A stretch of 45,431 nt of DNA from an uncultured Gammaproteobacteria bacterium (GTDB lineage Bacteria; Patescibacteriota; Patescibacteriia; Patescibacteriales; UBA12465), in assembly GCA_964609365.1 (NCBI GenBank), contig CAZSRC010000002.1, positions 1 through 45,431 of the forward strand. The letters run 5' to 3'. This document shows, piece by piece, positions 16,431 through 25,911 of the stretch (positions within the stretch are counted from its first letter, which is position 1; each line of letters starts with the position of its first letter). The translations under genes were made by a program, and so were the position numbers. The notes under the pieces were generated by a model. The model searched no databases and was not told where the DNA came from. It saw nothing but the letters and a program-made list of their open reading frames with translations.

Positions 16431-17687
16431 ATGAAAACTGTTGATATTATAAAAATGTCTCTAATCTCAATGTTAAAGAATAAAATGAGAACCTCTTTAA
16501 CTGTTTTGGGTATGGTTATTGGCATTGCAAGTATAATTATTGTTTACTCTTCTGGCGAGGGAATTAGAAGTTTAATTGTTGGCCAGATAGAGGCCTTCGG
16601 TACTAATATTATTCAAACTGAGGTAAGAGTTCCCAGCACTAAAAAGGGCATACAAGCCGAATCTGATAGCGCTAATGCTATTGCTAGTGGTGTTCAAGTT
16701 ACAAGTTTAAAAGAAAAAGATTTAGAAGACATAAAAAAAATACCAAATATTATAGATGGTTATGGAGCTGTTTTGACTCAGGAAACTGTTAGTTATGCCA
16801 ATGAAACAAAAAAAGCATTTTTATTTGGAGTTGGGTCTTCTTATATTAATATTGATAAATCAGAAATAGAAAGTGGTTATTTTTTTAGTGAAGCTGATAA
16901 TAGATCATTGTCTCAGGTTGTAGTTTTGGGGCACAAGGCATCTCAGGATATATTTAAAGGAGAAAATCCAATAGATAAAACCGTGGTGATCAAAAGAAGT
17001 CGTTATCAGGTTATTGGTGTTTTAAAAGAGCGGGGATCTACTATTGGTTTTGATTTTGACTCCATGGTTATTTTACCAGTAAAAACTTTGCAGAAAAAAA
17101 TAATGGGAATTGATCATTTTATATATATAGTTCATCAAGTTTCAGATCCGGAATTAGCCGAAGAAAATGCTGAAACAATGAGAGAAATTCTTAGAGAAAA
17201 TCATGGAATATCTAATCCCGATAGAGATGATTTTAGGGTTACTACTATGAAGGAAATGTTAAAAACTTCTCAAGACATAACAAACAGTATTACAATTTTA
17301 TTATTATTAATAGTAGTAATTTCTTTAATAGTTGGTGGTGTTGGAATATTAAATGTTATGTATGTTATTGTATCAGAAAGAACGCCAGAAATAGGATTAA
17401 GAAAAGCTGTCGGAGCTAAATTTTCTGATATAATGAAGCAATTTTTAATTGAGTCAATCTTGATAACTACTATAGGTGCTTTTTTCGGAGCAATACTCGG
17501 TGTTATTTTTTCTTTTTTTATTTGCCTAGGTGCTAATTATTTTGGTTTAGAATGGAAATTTGTTGTTCCCTTGAAAGCATTTGTTGTATCATTTTTATTT
17601 GCTTTCTTTTTTGGAGTTTTATTTGGTATTTTTCCTGCTAGAAAAGCTGGCAAACTTGATCCAGTGGAAGCCTTAAGAAAAGAATAA
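16431..17687 (+). CDS. ABC transporter permease, FtsX/MacB-type (paralog 2)
   Basis: Same architecture as paralog 1 and the same length of 418 aa. Contains ERTPEIGLRKAVGAK. Confidence 0.85.
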   Translation: MKTVDIIKMSLISMLKNKMRTSLTVLGMVIGIASIIIVYSSGEGIRSLIVGQIEAFGTNIIQTEVRVPSTKKGIQAESDSANAIASGVQVTSLKEKDLEDIKKIPNIIDGYGAVLTQETVSYANETKKAFLFGVGSSYINIDKSEIESGYFFSEADNRSLSQVVVLGHKASQDIFKGENPIDKTVVIKRSRYQVIGVLKERGSTIGFDFDSMVILPVKTLQKKIMGIDHFIYIVHQVSDPELAEENAETMREILRENHGISNPDRDDFRVTTMKEMLKTSQDITNSITILLLLIVVISLIVGGVGILNVMYVIVSERTPEIGLRKAVGAKFSDIMKQFLIESILITTIGAFFGAILGVIFSFFICLGANYFGLEWKFVVPLKAFVVSFLFAFFFGVLFGIFPARKAGKLDPVEALRKE

Positions 17688-17692
17688 TTTAA

Positions 17693-17721
17693 TTGACTAA
17701 AAGATAATAAAAAGTTAATAT
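17693..17721 (+). promoter_or_regulatory. Putative promoter for the second mreB
   Basis: TTGACT (17693-17698), 17 nt, TAATAT (17716-17721), about 30 nt upstream of ATG 17753. Confidence 0.35.
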
Positions 17722-17752
17722 AATTATATTATTTTAATATAGTTTTTAAAAT

Positions 17753-18766
17753 ATGATAGTAAAAAGAATTAGTATTGATTTAGGCACAACTTATACTTTG
17801 GTTTATCTTCCTAAAAGGGGAGTAGTTATTAATGAGCCTAGTGTTGTGGCTGTTTCTATTGATGATAATAAAATTTTAGCCGTTGGAAATGATGCCAAGG
17901 ATATGTTAGGTAGGACTCCAGATACTATTATTGCCCTTAAACCTTTAAAAGATGGTGTTATAGCTGATTATAGAACAACCGAAGCTATGATACGTTATTT
18001 TATTAATAAAACATTGGGTAAAATTAGAATATTTAGACCAGAAGTGATGGTTGCTGTTCCTGCTGGCATATCATCTACAGAGAGAAGGGCTGTAATTGAA
18101 GCCACTATTGCCGCAGGAGCTAAGGCTGCTTATATTATTAAGGAGCCAGTCGCAGCTGCTATTGGTGCAAATATTCCAATTAGTTCAGCAACTGGTCACA
18201 TGGTTGTTGATATTGGTGGAGGAACCTCTGAAATGGCAGTTATATCATTGGGCGGGGTTGTTTCTTCTACCTCTGTTCGTGTTGGTGGTAATAAATTAGA
18301 TTTAGCAATACTGGAGTATGTAAGAAAAAAATATGGCCTAGTTATCGGAGAGAGAACAGCTGAAGAAATGAAATTAAAAGTTGGCTCAGCACTTTTTTTA
18401 GATGATAATAATAAACTATTAATGGAGATAAATGGTCGAGATGGTCTTAGTGGATTACCAAGAACTATTGAGGTAAATAGCAATGATGTAACATCAGCAA
18501 TTTCTAATGAATTAGAAATAATTCTAAATACAGCCAAGAAAATACTTCAACAAACTCCGCCAGAATTAGTTGCCGATATTATAGATAAAGGTATAGTTTT
18601 AACTGGAGGAACTTCTTTATTGAGAAATATTGATCAATTTTTTTCTCAAGCATTAGGAGTTTCTGCTTATGTTGCCGATGATCCATTGCTTTGTGTAGCG
18701 AAGGGAACCGGAATTGCTTTGGATAATCTAGATTCTTACAAAAGAAGTATTCTAGCAACAAAATAA
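17753..18766 (+). CDS. mreB: MreB paralog (copy 2), not linked to mreCD
   Basis: ISIDLGTTYT, VDIGGGTSE and LTGGTSLL motifs. 337 aa. Only a short N-terminus (MIVKR) precedes the first phosphate-binding motif. Confidence 0.9.
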   Translation: MIVKRISIDLGTTYTLVYLPKRGVVINEPSVVAVSIDDNKILAVGNDAKDMLGRTPDTIIALKPLKDGVIADYRTTEAMIRYFINKTLGKIRIFRPEVMVAVPAGISSTERRAVIEATIAAGAKAAYIIKEPVAAAIGANIPISSATGHMVVDIGGGTSEMAVISLGGVVSSTSVRVGGNKLDLAILEYVRKKYGLVIGERTAEEMKLKVGSALFLDDNNKLLMEINGRDGLSGLPRTIEVNSNDVTSAISNELEIILNTAKKILQQTPPELVADIIDKGIVLTGGTSLLRNIDQFFSQALGVSAYVADDPLLCVAKGTGIALDNLDSYKRSILATK

Positions 18767-18783
18767 TTTTTTAAAATAATAAT

Positions 18784-19998
18784 ATGACCATAGGCATAGA
18801 TGCATCAAGGGCAAATCGTGATTTTAAAACGGGAACTGAGTGGTATTCTTATCATTTGATTAAAAATTTAATCAAGATAGATAAACAAAATAATTATATA
18901 CTTTATACAGACAAGCCTTTTAGTAAGGCTTTTTTAGATGATTTAAATTCCCTTAATTTGCAAAATTTTAAAATAAAGGTTTTAAATTGGCCATTTAGTT
19001 ATTTTTGGACATTGGGTCGTTTAAGTTTAGAAATGTTATTTAAATCTCCAGATGTTTTATTTGTTCCGGCTCATGGTATTCCCTTGTTTTTTCCTAGAAA
19101 AACTATCAATACAATTCATGATATAGCTTTTATTAAAAATGAATGTCTTTATAGTAAAGAGATTTCTTCGGGCGATCATAATATAAATAAAAAAACATTT
19201 AATTTTTTTATTAAAACTCTTACTTTTGGTAAATATTGTCTAAGTTCAATTGACTACTTAAATTGGTCAACAAAATTTGCATTAAAGCGAGCAAAAAAAA
19301 TTATTACTGTTTCTAATGCAAGCAAAAAAGATATTGTTACTAATTATAAAAAAATAAAAGAAGACAAAATTAGAGTTGTTCATAATGGCTTTGATAATGA
19401 AAAATATAAATTAATTAAAGACCAAGAGGGTATAAAAATAGTTTTAAATAAATATGGTATAGATTTTCCATTTTTTCTTTATGTTGGGAGACTAGAAAGA
19501 AAAAAAAATATATATCGGTTAATTGAGGCTTTTGCTATTTTTAAAGAAAATAATCCTTGTTTAGAAAAATTAGTATTAGTTGGTAGCGCTGGCTTTGGTT
19601 ATGATGAGATTAAGTATATGATCGAAGAATTTGGAATAGAGAACGAAGTAATTATTCTGGGCTGGGTTGAGGAAAATGATTTACCATTTATTTTTAATAA
19701 AGCTCTATGTTTTATTTTTCCTTCTTTTTTTGAAGGCTTTGGTATTCCAGTATTGCAATCAATGGCCTGTGGAACTCCAGTAATAGCATCTAATATAGAT
19801 GCGCTTCATGAAGTTGCCGGGGATTGCGCTTTATTTTTTAATCATTTAAGTTCCAATGATTTGTCTTTAAAAATGAAACAAATTTTTAATGACAAAGATT
19901 TAAGAGAATTATTAATTGAAAAATCATTAATCAGATCAAAATTATTTAGCTGGGAAAAATGTGCCCAAGAAACATTAAAAGAGATTAATAGTTTATGA
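18784..19998 (+). CDS. Glycosyltransferase family 4 (GT-B fold)
   Basis: C-terminal FPSFFEGFGIPVLQSMACGTPVIASN (EX7E-type region). 404 aa. Confidence 0.85.
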   Translation: MTIGIDASRANRDFKTGTEWYSYHLIKNLIKIDKQNNYILYTDKPFSKAFLDDLNSLNLQNFKIKVLNWPFSYFWTLGRLSLEMLFKSPDVLFVPAHGIPLFFPRKTINTIHDIAFIKNECLYSKEISSGDHNINKKTFNFFIKTLTFGKYCLSSIDYLNWSTKFALKRAKKIITVSNASKKDIVTNYKKIKEDKIRVVHNGFDNEKYKLIKDQEGIKIVLNKYGIDFPFFLYVGRLERKKNIYRLIEAFAIFKENNPCLEKLVLVGSAGFGYDEIKYMIEEFGIENEVIILGWVEENDLPFIFNKALCFIFPSFFEGFGIPVLQSMACGTPVIASNIDALHEVAGDCALFFNHLSSNDLSLKMKQIFNDKDLRELLIEKSLIRSKLFSWEKCAQETLKEINSL

Positions 19999-21068
19999 AA
20001 AAAATAAATAAAAAATTAATTTATATTTTATTTTTTTGTTTTTTTATAGTTTTCTTTTTTGTTTTTTTAGTTAAAAAAAATAGCGAAAGCATCTTTTCTT
20101 TTTCTGAAAAAAATAATATAGCAATAGATGATTCTCTGTGTTCAGATGATTGCTCTTATAGACTCATAGATGGTGAGCTTGTTGATTCTGATAAAATTAA
20201 TCCATTTATTATTTCTGCAGTTATTGATAATCATTCTGATGCTAGACCCCAACTTTCCTTAAGTTTAGCTAAGATTGTTTATGATATTCCTGCTGAGGGC
20301 GGAATTAATAGATACTTAGCATTTTTTTTATCTGATGAGCAAAATATTTCTAATATTGGACCAATTAGAAGTGCTCGTCCATATTTTTTAGATATTGCTA
20401 GAGAGTATAATAGCATTATGCTACATTGCGGGGGTAGTCCCGAGGCCTTAGCCAGAATAAGCAAGGAGAGATTGTTAACAATTAATGAATTTTATAATGA
20501 AAAATATTTTTTTAGAGATAAAAATTATCAAGCCCCCCATAATGTAGTTGCTGATTTTGATAAAATAAAAAATTATTTAAATGAAAAAAATTTTAATAAC
20601 TCTAATTTTAATAATTGGATCTTCGACAAAGAAAAGAGTTTAAAATTAGATAATATTAATTTTAATGAAGTAATTGAGATTAAAAAAGGCCAGCAAATTT
20701 ATAACACTTCCTGGTCTTATGATCTTGATAGAAGTCTTTACCTAAAAAATTTAGCAGGAAATAAGCATGTTGATAATCTTAATGAGCAGATTTATGCTAA
20801 AAATTTAATTTTTCAATTTGTTGATACTAAGATTCTAGATAATGAGTTGCGTTTAAAAATTGATTTATTGGGCAGGGGTTATGCTGTTGTCTGTATGAAT
20901 GGTTTTTGCAATAATGCCTATTTTCAGAAAAATGATTATAACTCTAGAACAATTTATTATTATGATGATGATTCCGAGGTTATCTTTACTCCAGGAAATA
21001 CTTGGATTCATTTTATAGATGAGGGAAGTAGTTTAAAAATAGAAAATTTTGATTTAAGAGAAAAATAG
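19995..21068 (+). CDS. DUF3048 (YerB-like) membrane-anchored or secreted protein
   Basis: N-terminal hydrophobic anchor. SAVIDNHSDARPQLSLSLAKIVYDIPAEGGINRYLAFF resembles the DUF3048 core as I remember it. Its ATG overlaps the GT4 TGA stop (ATGA). Confidence 0.65.
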   Translation: MKKINKKLIYILFFCFFIVFFFVFLVKKNSESIFSFSEKNNIAIDDSLCSDDCSYRLIDGELVDSDKINPFIISAVIDNHSDARPQLSLSLAKIVYDIPAEGGINRYLAFFLSDEQNISNIGPIRSARPYFLDIAREYNSIMLHCGGSPEALARISKERLLTINEFYNEKYFFRDKNYQAPHNVVADFDKIKNYLNEKNFNNSNFNNWIFDKEKSLKLDNINFNEVIEIKKGQQIYNTSWSYDLDRSLYLKNLAGNKHVDNLNEQIYAKNLIFQFVDTKILDNELRLKIDLLGRGYAVVCMNGFCNNAYFQKNDYNSRTIYYYDDDSEVIFTPGNTWIHFIDEGSSLKIENFDLREK

Positions 21069-21090
21069 TTTAAAAATAAAAAATCTTAAT

Positions 21091-21969
21091 TTAAAATGAG
21101 CTTATAATTATTCTTTCTTTTTTTCTGAGATCCTTAATTATTTCTAATTTTAAGGATTTTTTATTTATCGCTTTTTTATTTATTTCTATTAAATATTTTT
21201 TTTGCCAAGGACTTATTTCTTGATATAAGAAGATTTTATTATCTTCTTTTTTAATATTTTTAATTTGTTTGATAAGTTTTTTATATAAAGATAAACCATC
21301 CCTCCCTCCATATAAAGCTATTTCTGGTTCAAGTTGAATGCTTGGAGATTCTTTTATTTCTTTTCTTGTTAAGTATGGTAAATTGGCTATTAAGTGTAGT
21401 TCTTCAAATTTATCTATTTTATTTTTTTCTAAAAAATCTTTTAATAGATCACTTTTGAAAAATTTTATCTTTTTTTCACAATTATTTATTTTGGAATTTT
21501 TTTTAGCAATAAATAATGCTTTTTCACTTATATCGAGACCATAAAAGCTAATATTTTTATTATTTTTTAATAGATCAGCAACGCTTACGATAATACAAGC
21601 CGATCCGGTTCCTATATCGATTATTAGATTTTTTTTATTTTTATTTAATCTTTTAATTAGTTCATCAACTATTATTTCGCTTTCCGGCCTGGGAATTAAA
21701 GTGTTTTTATTAACTACAAAATCTAAATTATAGAAAGCTTTATTTTTTAACAGATAGGGCAGTGGCCAGTTTTGTAGTCTTTTTTTAAGTATTAAATTTA
21801 TTTTTTTTAAATCAATATCATTTAATTCTTTTTTTAAATCTAAAATTAATTCCTCTCTTCTTTTTTTTAAAACAAAAGAAATTATTAATTCTAGTTCTAA
21901 TCGAGCTTCTTTTATTTTTTTTTGCTCAAGTTTTATGATATTTTCTTTTAAAAAATCTTCTATTTTCAT
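21091..21969 (-). CDS. prmC: Release-factor glutamine N5-methyltransferase PrmC/HemK
   Basis: SAM motif IIDIGTGSACI. The catalytic tetrapeptide position reads NLPY rather than the canonical NPPY. It lies immediately downstream of prfA. Confidence 0.8.
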   Translation of the reverse strand: MKIEDFLKENIIKLEQKKIKEARLELELIISFVLKKRREELILDLKKELNDIDLKKINLILKKRLQNWPLPYLLKNKAFYNLDFVVNKNTLIPRPESEIIVDELIKRLNKNKKNLIIDIGTGSACIIVSVADLLKNNKNISFYGLDISEKALFIAKKNSKINNCEKKIKFFKSDLLKDFLEKNKIDKFEELHLIANLPYLTRKEIKESPSIQLEPEIALYGGRDGLSLYKKLIKQIKNIKKEDNKIFLYQEISPWQKKYLIEINKKAINKKSLKLEIIKDLRKKERIIISSF

Positions 21970-23013
21970 TTAATTATTTAAATCCTTTTTAAGGTCTTCT
22001 ATTATTTCCTCTATATTACCTTCCATTATTTCATTAATATTATGCCATGATTTATTAATTCTATGATCGGTTATTCTGCTTTGAGGAAAATTATATGTTC
22101 TTATTTTGTCACTTCTATCACCTTTTCCAACCTGATCCTTTCTTTCTATGGATTCTTTAATTAATTTTTCCTCTTCAATTTTTGCTAATAATCTTGATCT
22201 TAAAATTTGTAAAGCTTTTTCTTTATTTTGATGTTGAGATTTTTGATCTTGGCAACTAACAATCATTCCTGTTGGTAAATGAGTAACTCTTATGGCAGAG
22301 TGTGTTGTATTTACACTTTGACCTCCTGGCCCAGATGAACAAAAAGTATCTATTCTTATTTCATTGGCCTCTATTTTTAGGTCCACCTCTTCCGCCTCTG
22401 GTAGTATTATTACAGTCGATGTTGATGTATGAACCCTTCCTTGTTTTTCTGTTTCTGGCACTCTTTGAACCCTATGGGTCCCAGCTTCATATTTTAAATG
22501 GCCATAAACATTATTTCCTTTTATTGAAAAAATTATTTCTTTATATCCGCCAATTCCAATAGAGCTAGAATTTAAAATTTCAAATTTCCAAGATTTTTTT
22601 TCTGCAAACTTGGAATACATTCTAAATAATTCTGCTGTAAATAAAGCACCCTCATCACCACCAGCGCCAGCCCTTATTTCAATGATAATATCTTTTTTAT
22701 CATTTGGATCGGCAGGATATAATTCTTCTTGAAGACTTTTTTCAGTTAATATTTTTTTTTCATCAAGTAAATCTAAATCTTCCTGAGCTATTTTGCTTAA
22801 TTCAGGTGATTCCTCACTTTTTATAATTTCTTTATTTTCATCTATATTCTTGTTTATTTTTTCTAAATCAACAATAAGATCATAAATTCTCTTTAGAGCT
22901 GAATGTTCTTTTGCTACTTTGCTTAATTCCTTATTATCAGAAATAATTTCTGGGCTTATTAGCTTTTTTTCGAGCTCTATAAATTTATTTTTTAATTCCT
23001 GGAACTTATCCAT
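21970..23013 (-). CDS. prfA: Peptide chain release factor 1
   Basis: GGQ motif (SSGPGGQSVNTT). The RF1-type PxT tripeptide context is QRVPETEKQGRVHTST. 347 aa. Confidence 0.92.
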   Translation of the reverse strand: MDKFQELKNKFIELEKKLISPEIISDNKELSKVAKEHSALKRIYDLIVDLEKINKNIDENKEIIKSEESPELSKIAQEDLDLLDEKKILTEKSLQEELYPADPNDKKDIIIEIRAGAGGDEGALFTAELFRMYSKFAEKKSWKFEILNSSSIGIGGYKEIIFSIKGNNVYGHLKYEAGTHRVQRVPETEKQGRVHTSTSTVIILPEAEEVDLKIEANEIRIDTFCSSGPGGQSVNTTHSAIRVTHLPTGMIVSCQDQKSQHQNKEKALQILRSRLLAKIEEEKLIKESIERKDQVGKGDRSDKIRTYNFPQSRITDHRINKSWHNINEIMEGNIEEIIEDLKKDLNN

Positions 23014-23039
23014 ATTTTTGAGTAAAATAAAAGCCCCAA
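23012..23039 (-). terminator. Small hairpin plus U-rich tract between rpmE and prfA (partial terminator or attenuator)
   Basis: The minus-strand RNA reads AAGCGCC-AUUUU-GGGGCUU (7-bp stem with 1 mismatch, plus coordinates 23021-23039), followed by UUAUUUUA. Confidence 0.35.
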
Positions 23040-23069
23040 AATGGCGCTTCTATCTTTTATTTTTATTTG

Positions 23070-23342
23070 TTATTTATTTTTTTCTGCTTGCTTTTTTGTT
23101 TTCTCAGCTCTTTTAATAGTTTTACTTTTTCTATTATCATCTTTTTTCTCTAATTTAGCTTTAAACTTACCGACACGATTAGCTGTATCAACTAATTTTT
23201 GTTTTCCAGTATAAAAAGGGTGACAATTTGAACAAAGCTCTGTTTTTATTTCTGATTCAACTGAGCCAGTTTCAAGAACAAATCCACAAGGACAAGTTGC
23301 TTTAATTTTTTCATTGTATTTAGGATGAATGTCTTTTTTCAT
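23070..23342 (-). CDS. rpmE: 50S ribosomal protein L31 (Zn-ribbon type) with a Lys-rich C-terminal extension
   Basis: MKKDIHPKY, CPCG...CSNCHPFYTG. 90 aa including the tail KAKLEKKDDNRKSKTIKRAEKTKKQAEKNK. Confidence 0.9.
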   Translation of the reverse strand: MKKDIHPKYNEKIKATCPCGFVLETGSVESEIKTELCSNCHPFYTGKQKLVDTANRVGKFKAKLEKKDDNRKSKTIKRAEKTKKQAEKNK

Positions 23343-23452
23343 ATAAGTATTGTAAATAAATAATTAATATAACACATAAAACAATAACAAAACCATCAAA
23401 ATTAATGGCTAAAACTAATAATATCATAGTATTTAAAATAAATCAAGGTTTT

Positions 23453-23480
23453 TTGACTGTTGATTATTAAGTTCTAAAAT
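23453..23480 (+). promoter_or_regulatory. Putative promoter of the rfbCBDA operon
   Basis: TTGACT (23453-23458), 16 nt, TAAAAT (23475-23480), about 40 nt upstream of ATG 23523. Confidence 0.4.
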
Positions 23481-23522
23481 GTTAATATTTATTTGAATTA
23501 AATATTAATTTTTTATAAAAAT

Positions 23523-23975
23523 ATGATTAAAGATGTTATCATTAAAAAACTTAATAAATATAATGATGAAAGAGGTTTTTTGAGTGAAATTTATCGCTCA
23601 GATGAGCTTAAATATAAACCAGAAATGGCATATATAAGTGTAACCAAGCCAGGAGTTGTTCGCGGTCCTCATGAGCATAAATTTCAATCTGATTGTTTTG
23701 TTTTTTGTGGTCCGGGTACCTTTTCTTTACATCTTTGGGATAGAAGAGAAAATAGTGAAAGTAATGGGGAGTATTTAAATATAGACTTAGGTGAAGATAG
23801 TCCAGGTTTAGTTATTGTCCCTCCAGGAGTTGTCCATGGCTATAAATGTATTAGCAATGTTGATGCCTATTGTCTTAATTTTCCAGATAAATTATACCGA
23901 GGAGATGGCAAGCAGGAAGAGGTTGATGAAATCAGATGGGAAGAGGATAAAAATTCTCCATATAAAATTTTATAA
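23523..23975 (+). CDS. rfbC: dTDP-4-dehydrorhamnose 3,5-epimerase family (short cupin)
   Basis: DERGFLSEIYR, VRGPHEH and PPGVVHGY motifs match the RmlC pattern. 150 aa. First gene of the rhamnose operon. Confidence 0.75.
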   Translation: MIKDVIIKKLNKYNDERGFLSEIYRSDELKYKPEMAYISVTKPGVVRGPHEHKFQSDCFVFCGPGTFSLHLWDRRENSESNGEYLNIDLGEDSPGLVIVPPGVVHGYKCISNVDAYCLNFPDKLYRGDGKQEEVDEIRWEEDKNSPYKIL

Positions 23976-23991
23976 TTAAATATTTTTTAAT

Positions 23992-24966
23992 ATGTCAAAA
24001 ATATTAGTAACTGGTGGAGCTGGATTTATAGGATCAAATTTTATAAGATATTGGCTTAATAAATATCCGCAAGATAGTATAGTAAACTTGGATAAATTAA
24101 CTTATGCTGGAAATCTAGAAAATTTACTTGATCTTTCTAAAAATAGTAATTATGAGTTTATTAAGGGAGATATTTGTGACTTTTCCTTAGTTAATAATAT
24201 TTGTAAAAACATTGATTTAATTGTTCACTTTGCTGCAGAAAGTCATGTTGATAGATCTATAATTAATAGCGCTGATTTTATTAGAACAAATGTTGAAGGC
24301 ACTAGAACTCTTTTGGATGTTGCAAAAAATAATGGGTTAATTAGATTTCACCATGTTTCGACTGATGAAGTTTTTGGTTCTCTAGATTTTGATAGCCCAA
24401 AATTTAATGAAAAAACACCCTATGATCCAAGGTCACCATATAGTTCATCCAAGGCCGCTTCTGATCATCTAGTTAGGGCTTATTTTCATACATATAAACT
24501 GCCAATTACGATCTCCAACTGCTCTAATAATTATGGACCCTTTCAATTTCCAGAAAAATTAATACCACTTTTTATTACTAATATAATTGAGGGAAAAAAT
24601 GTTCCAGTGTATGGTAGTGGTCAAAATATTAGAGACTGGATTCATGTAGAAGATCATAATAGGGGTGTTGACTGTATAATAAAAAAAGGAAAAATAGGCG
24701 AAACATATTGTTTAGGTGGTGATAATGAAATAAAAAATATAGATATAACATTGGAAATACTAAAATTAATGAATAAAAATAAAGATTCTATAGAATATGT
24801 TCAAGATAGGCCTGGACATGATTTGCGATATGCTATTGATTTTTCTAAGGCTAAAAATGAATTATCATGGGAGCCTGAATATAGCTTTTCTAGGGGGATA
24901 AAAGAAACTATTAATTGGTATATAGAAAATCAAGATTGGTGGAAAAAATTAAAAATTAAAAAATAA
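23992..24966 (+). CDS. rfbB: dTDP-glucose 4,6-dehydratase
   Basis: TGGAGFIGSN Rossmann motif, catalytic YSSSKAASD, and DGLTYAGN-like DKLTYAGNLENL. Confidence 0.92.
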   Translation: MSKILVTGGAGFIGSNFIRYWLNKYPQDSIVNLDKLTYAGNLENLLDLSKNSNYEFIKGDICDFSLVNNICKNIDLIVHFAAESHVDRSIINSADFIRTNVEGTRTLLDVAKNNGLIRFHHVSTDEVFGSLDFDSPKFNEKTPYDPRSPYSSSKAASDHLVRAYFHTYKLPITISNCSNNYGPFQFPEKLIPLFITNIIEGKNVPVYGSGQNIRDWIHVEDHNRGVDCIIKKGKIGETYCLGGDNEIKNIDITLEILKLMNKNKDSIEYVQDRPGHDLRYAIDFSKAKNELSWEPEYSFSRGIKETINWYIENQDWWKKLKIKK

Positions 24967-24969
24967 ATT

Positions 24970-25890
24970 ATGAATAAAGTATTGATTCTGGGATCTGATG
25001 GTAATTTAGGAAGTCAATTAGTAAAAGATTTTTCTAATTTTTCTAATTCAAAAGTTATTTCTTTTACAAGAAAAGACCTGGATATTTTAGATTATGATTT
25101 AATGAATTTTAAAATATCACAATTAAAGCCAGATATAATTATTAATACAGTTGCTTATAATGCTGTTGATAAATGTGAAGAGTTTGACGATGAATTTAAA
25201 TTAGCTAAAAAAATAAATGGAGAAGCTTTAAAATATTTAGGAAAAACGGCTATAAAAAATAATTCTATTTTACTTCATTATTCTACTGATTATGTGTTTG
25301 GCGGAAATATTTGTCAGGAAAATGATTGTAGCGATGAATGCCTTCTTTCTTTTAAGGAAAAGGGAGGATTCCTAGAAGATAATGATCCATGTCCAATTAA
25401 TAAATATGGATTATCAAAGGTTTTAGGAGAAATAGAATTACAAAGATTAGCTAGTCAAAAATTAAAATATTATATAGTCAGAACTTCAAAATTATTTGGA
25501 CCAAGGGGCAGCTCCCAAAACTCAAAAGAAAACTTTTTTGATATAATGTTGAAAATGGCTAATGAAAAAAATGAACTTAATGTTGTTAGCGAAGAACTTA
25601 GTTGCTTTACTTATACTGAAGATTTAGCCAGACAAAGCAGGGAATTACTTCAAGATAGAAAAGATTTTGGTTTTTATCATATTAGAAATAGTGAGCCGGC
25701 AATTTGGTATGATGCCGCTAGAGAATTATTTAGACTCAAAAATTATATGATAAAAATAAATCCAGTTTCTTCAGAAAAATTTCCTAGACCAGCCAAGAGA
25801 CCTAAGTATTCCGTTTTAGCTAATTCAAAATTAAAACCATTGAGAAGTTGGCGAGAGGCCCTAAAAGAATATCTAAAAAATTATAAATAA
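24970..25890 (+). CDS. rfbD: dTDP-4-dehydrorhamnose reductase
   Basis: LGSDGNLGS, STDYVFGG and YGLSKVLGE (YxxxK) motifs. Operon context supports the call. Confidence 0.85.
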   Translation: MNKVLILGSDGNLGSQLVKDFSNFSNSKVISFTRKDLDILDYDLMNFKISQLKPDIIINTVAYNAVDKCEEFDDEFKLAKKINGEALKYLGKTAIKNNSILLHYSTDYVFGGNICQENDCSDECLLSFKEKGGFLEDNDPCPINKYGLSKVLGEIELQRLASQKLKYYIVRTSKLFGPRGSSQNSKENFFDIMLKMANEKNELNVVSEELSCFTYTEDLARQSRELLQDRKDFGFYHIRNSEPAIWYDAARELFRLKNYMIKINPVSSEKFPRPAKRPKYSVLANSKLKPLRSWREALKEYLKNYK

Positions 25891-25911
25891 ATTATTTTTA
25901 ATTAAAATATT

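Noticed and set aside
18096-18537. Two overlapping ORFs (18096-18299 on the plus strand, 18196-18537 on the minus strand) inside the second mreB.
   Set aside because: This stretch of mreB encodes Gly/Ala-rich nucleotide-binding motifs and is locally GC-rich. That lowers stop-codon density in the other frames. The mreB frame carries all the conserved actin-fold motifs.
21970-23013. Programmed +1 frameshift, as in prfB.
   Set aside because: The gene is RF1-type (PxT context, single uninterrupted ORF). No frameshift is needed.
23405-23470. A 21-aa ORF (MAKTNNIIVFKINQGFLTVDY) in the rpmE/rfbC divergent spacer.
   Set aside because: It is very short and has no distinctive features. It overlaps the predicted rfb promoter (TTGACT at 23453), and its composition cannot be told apart from the spacer.
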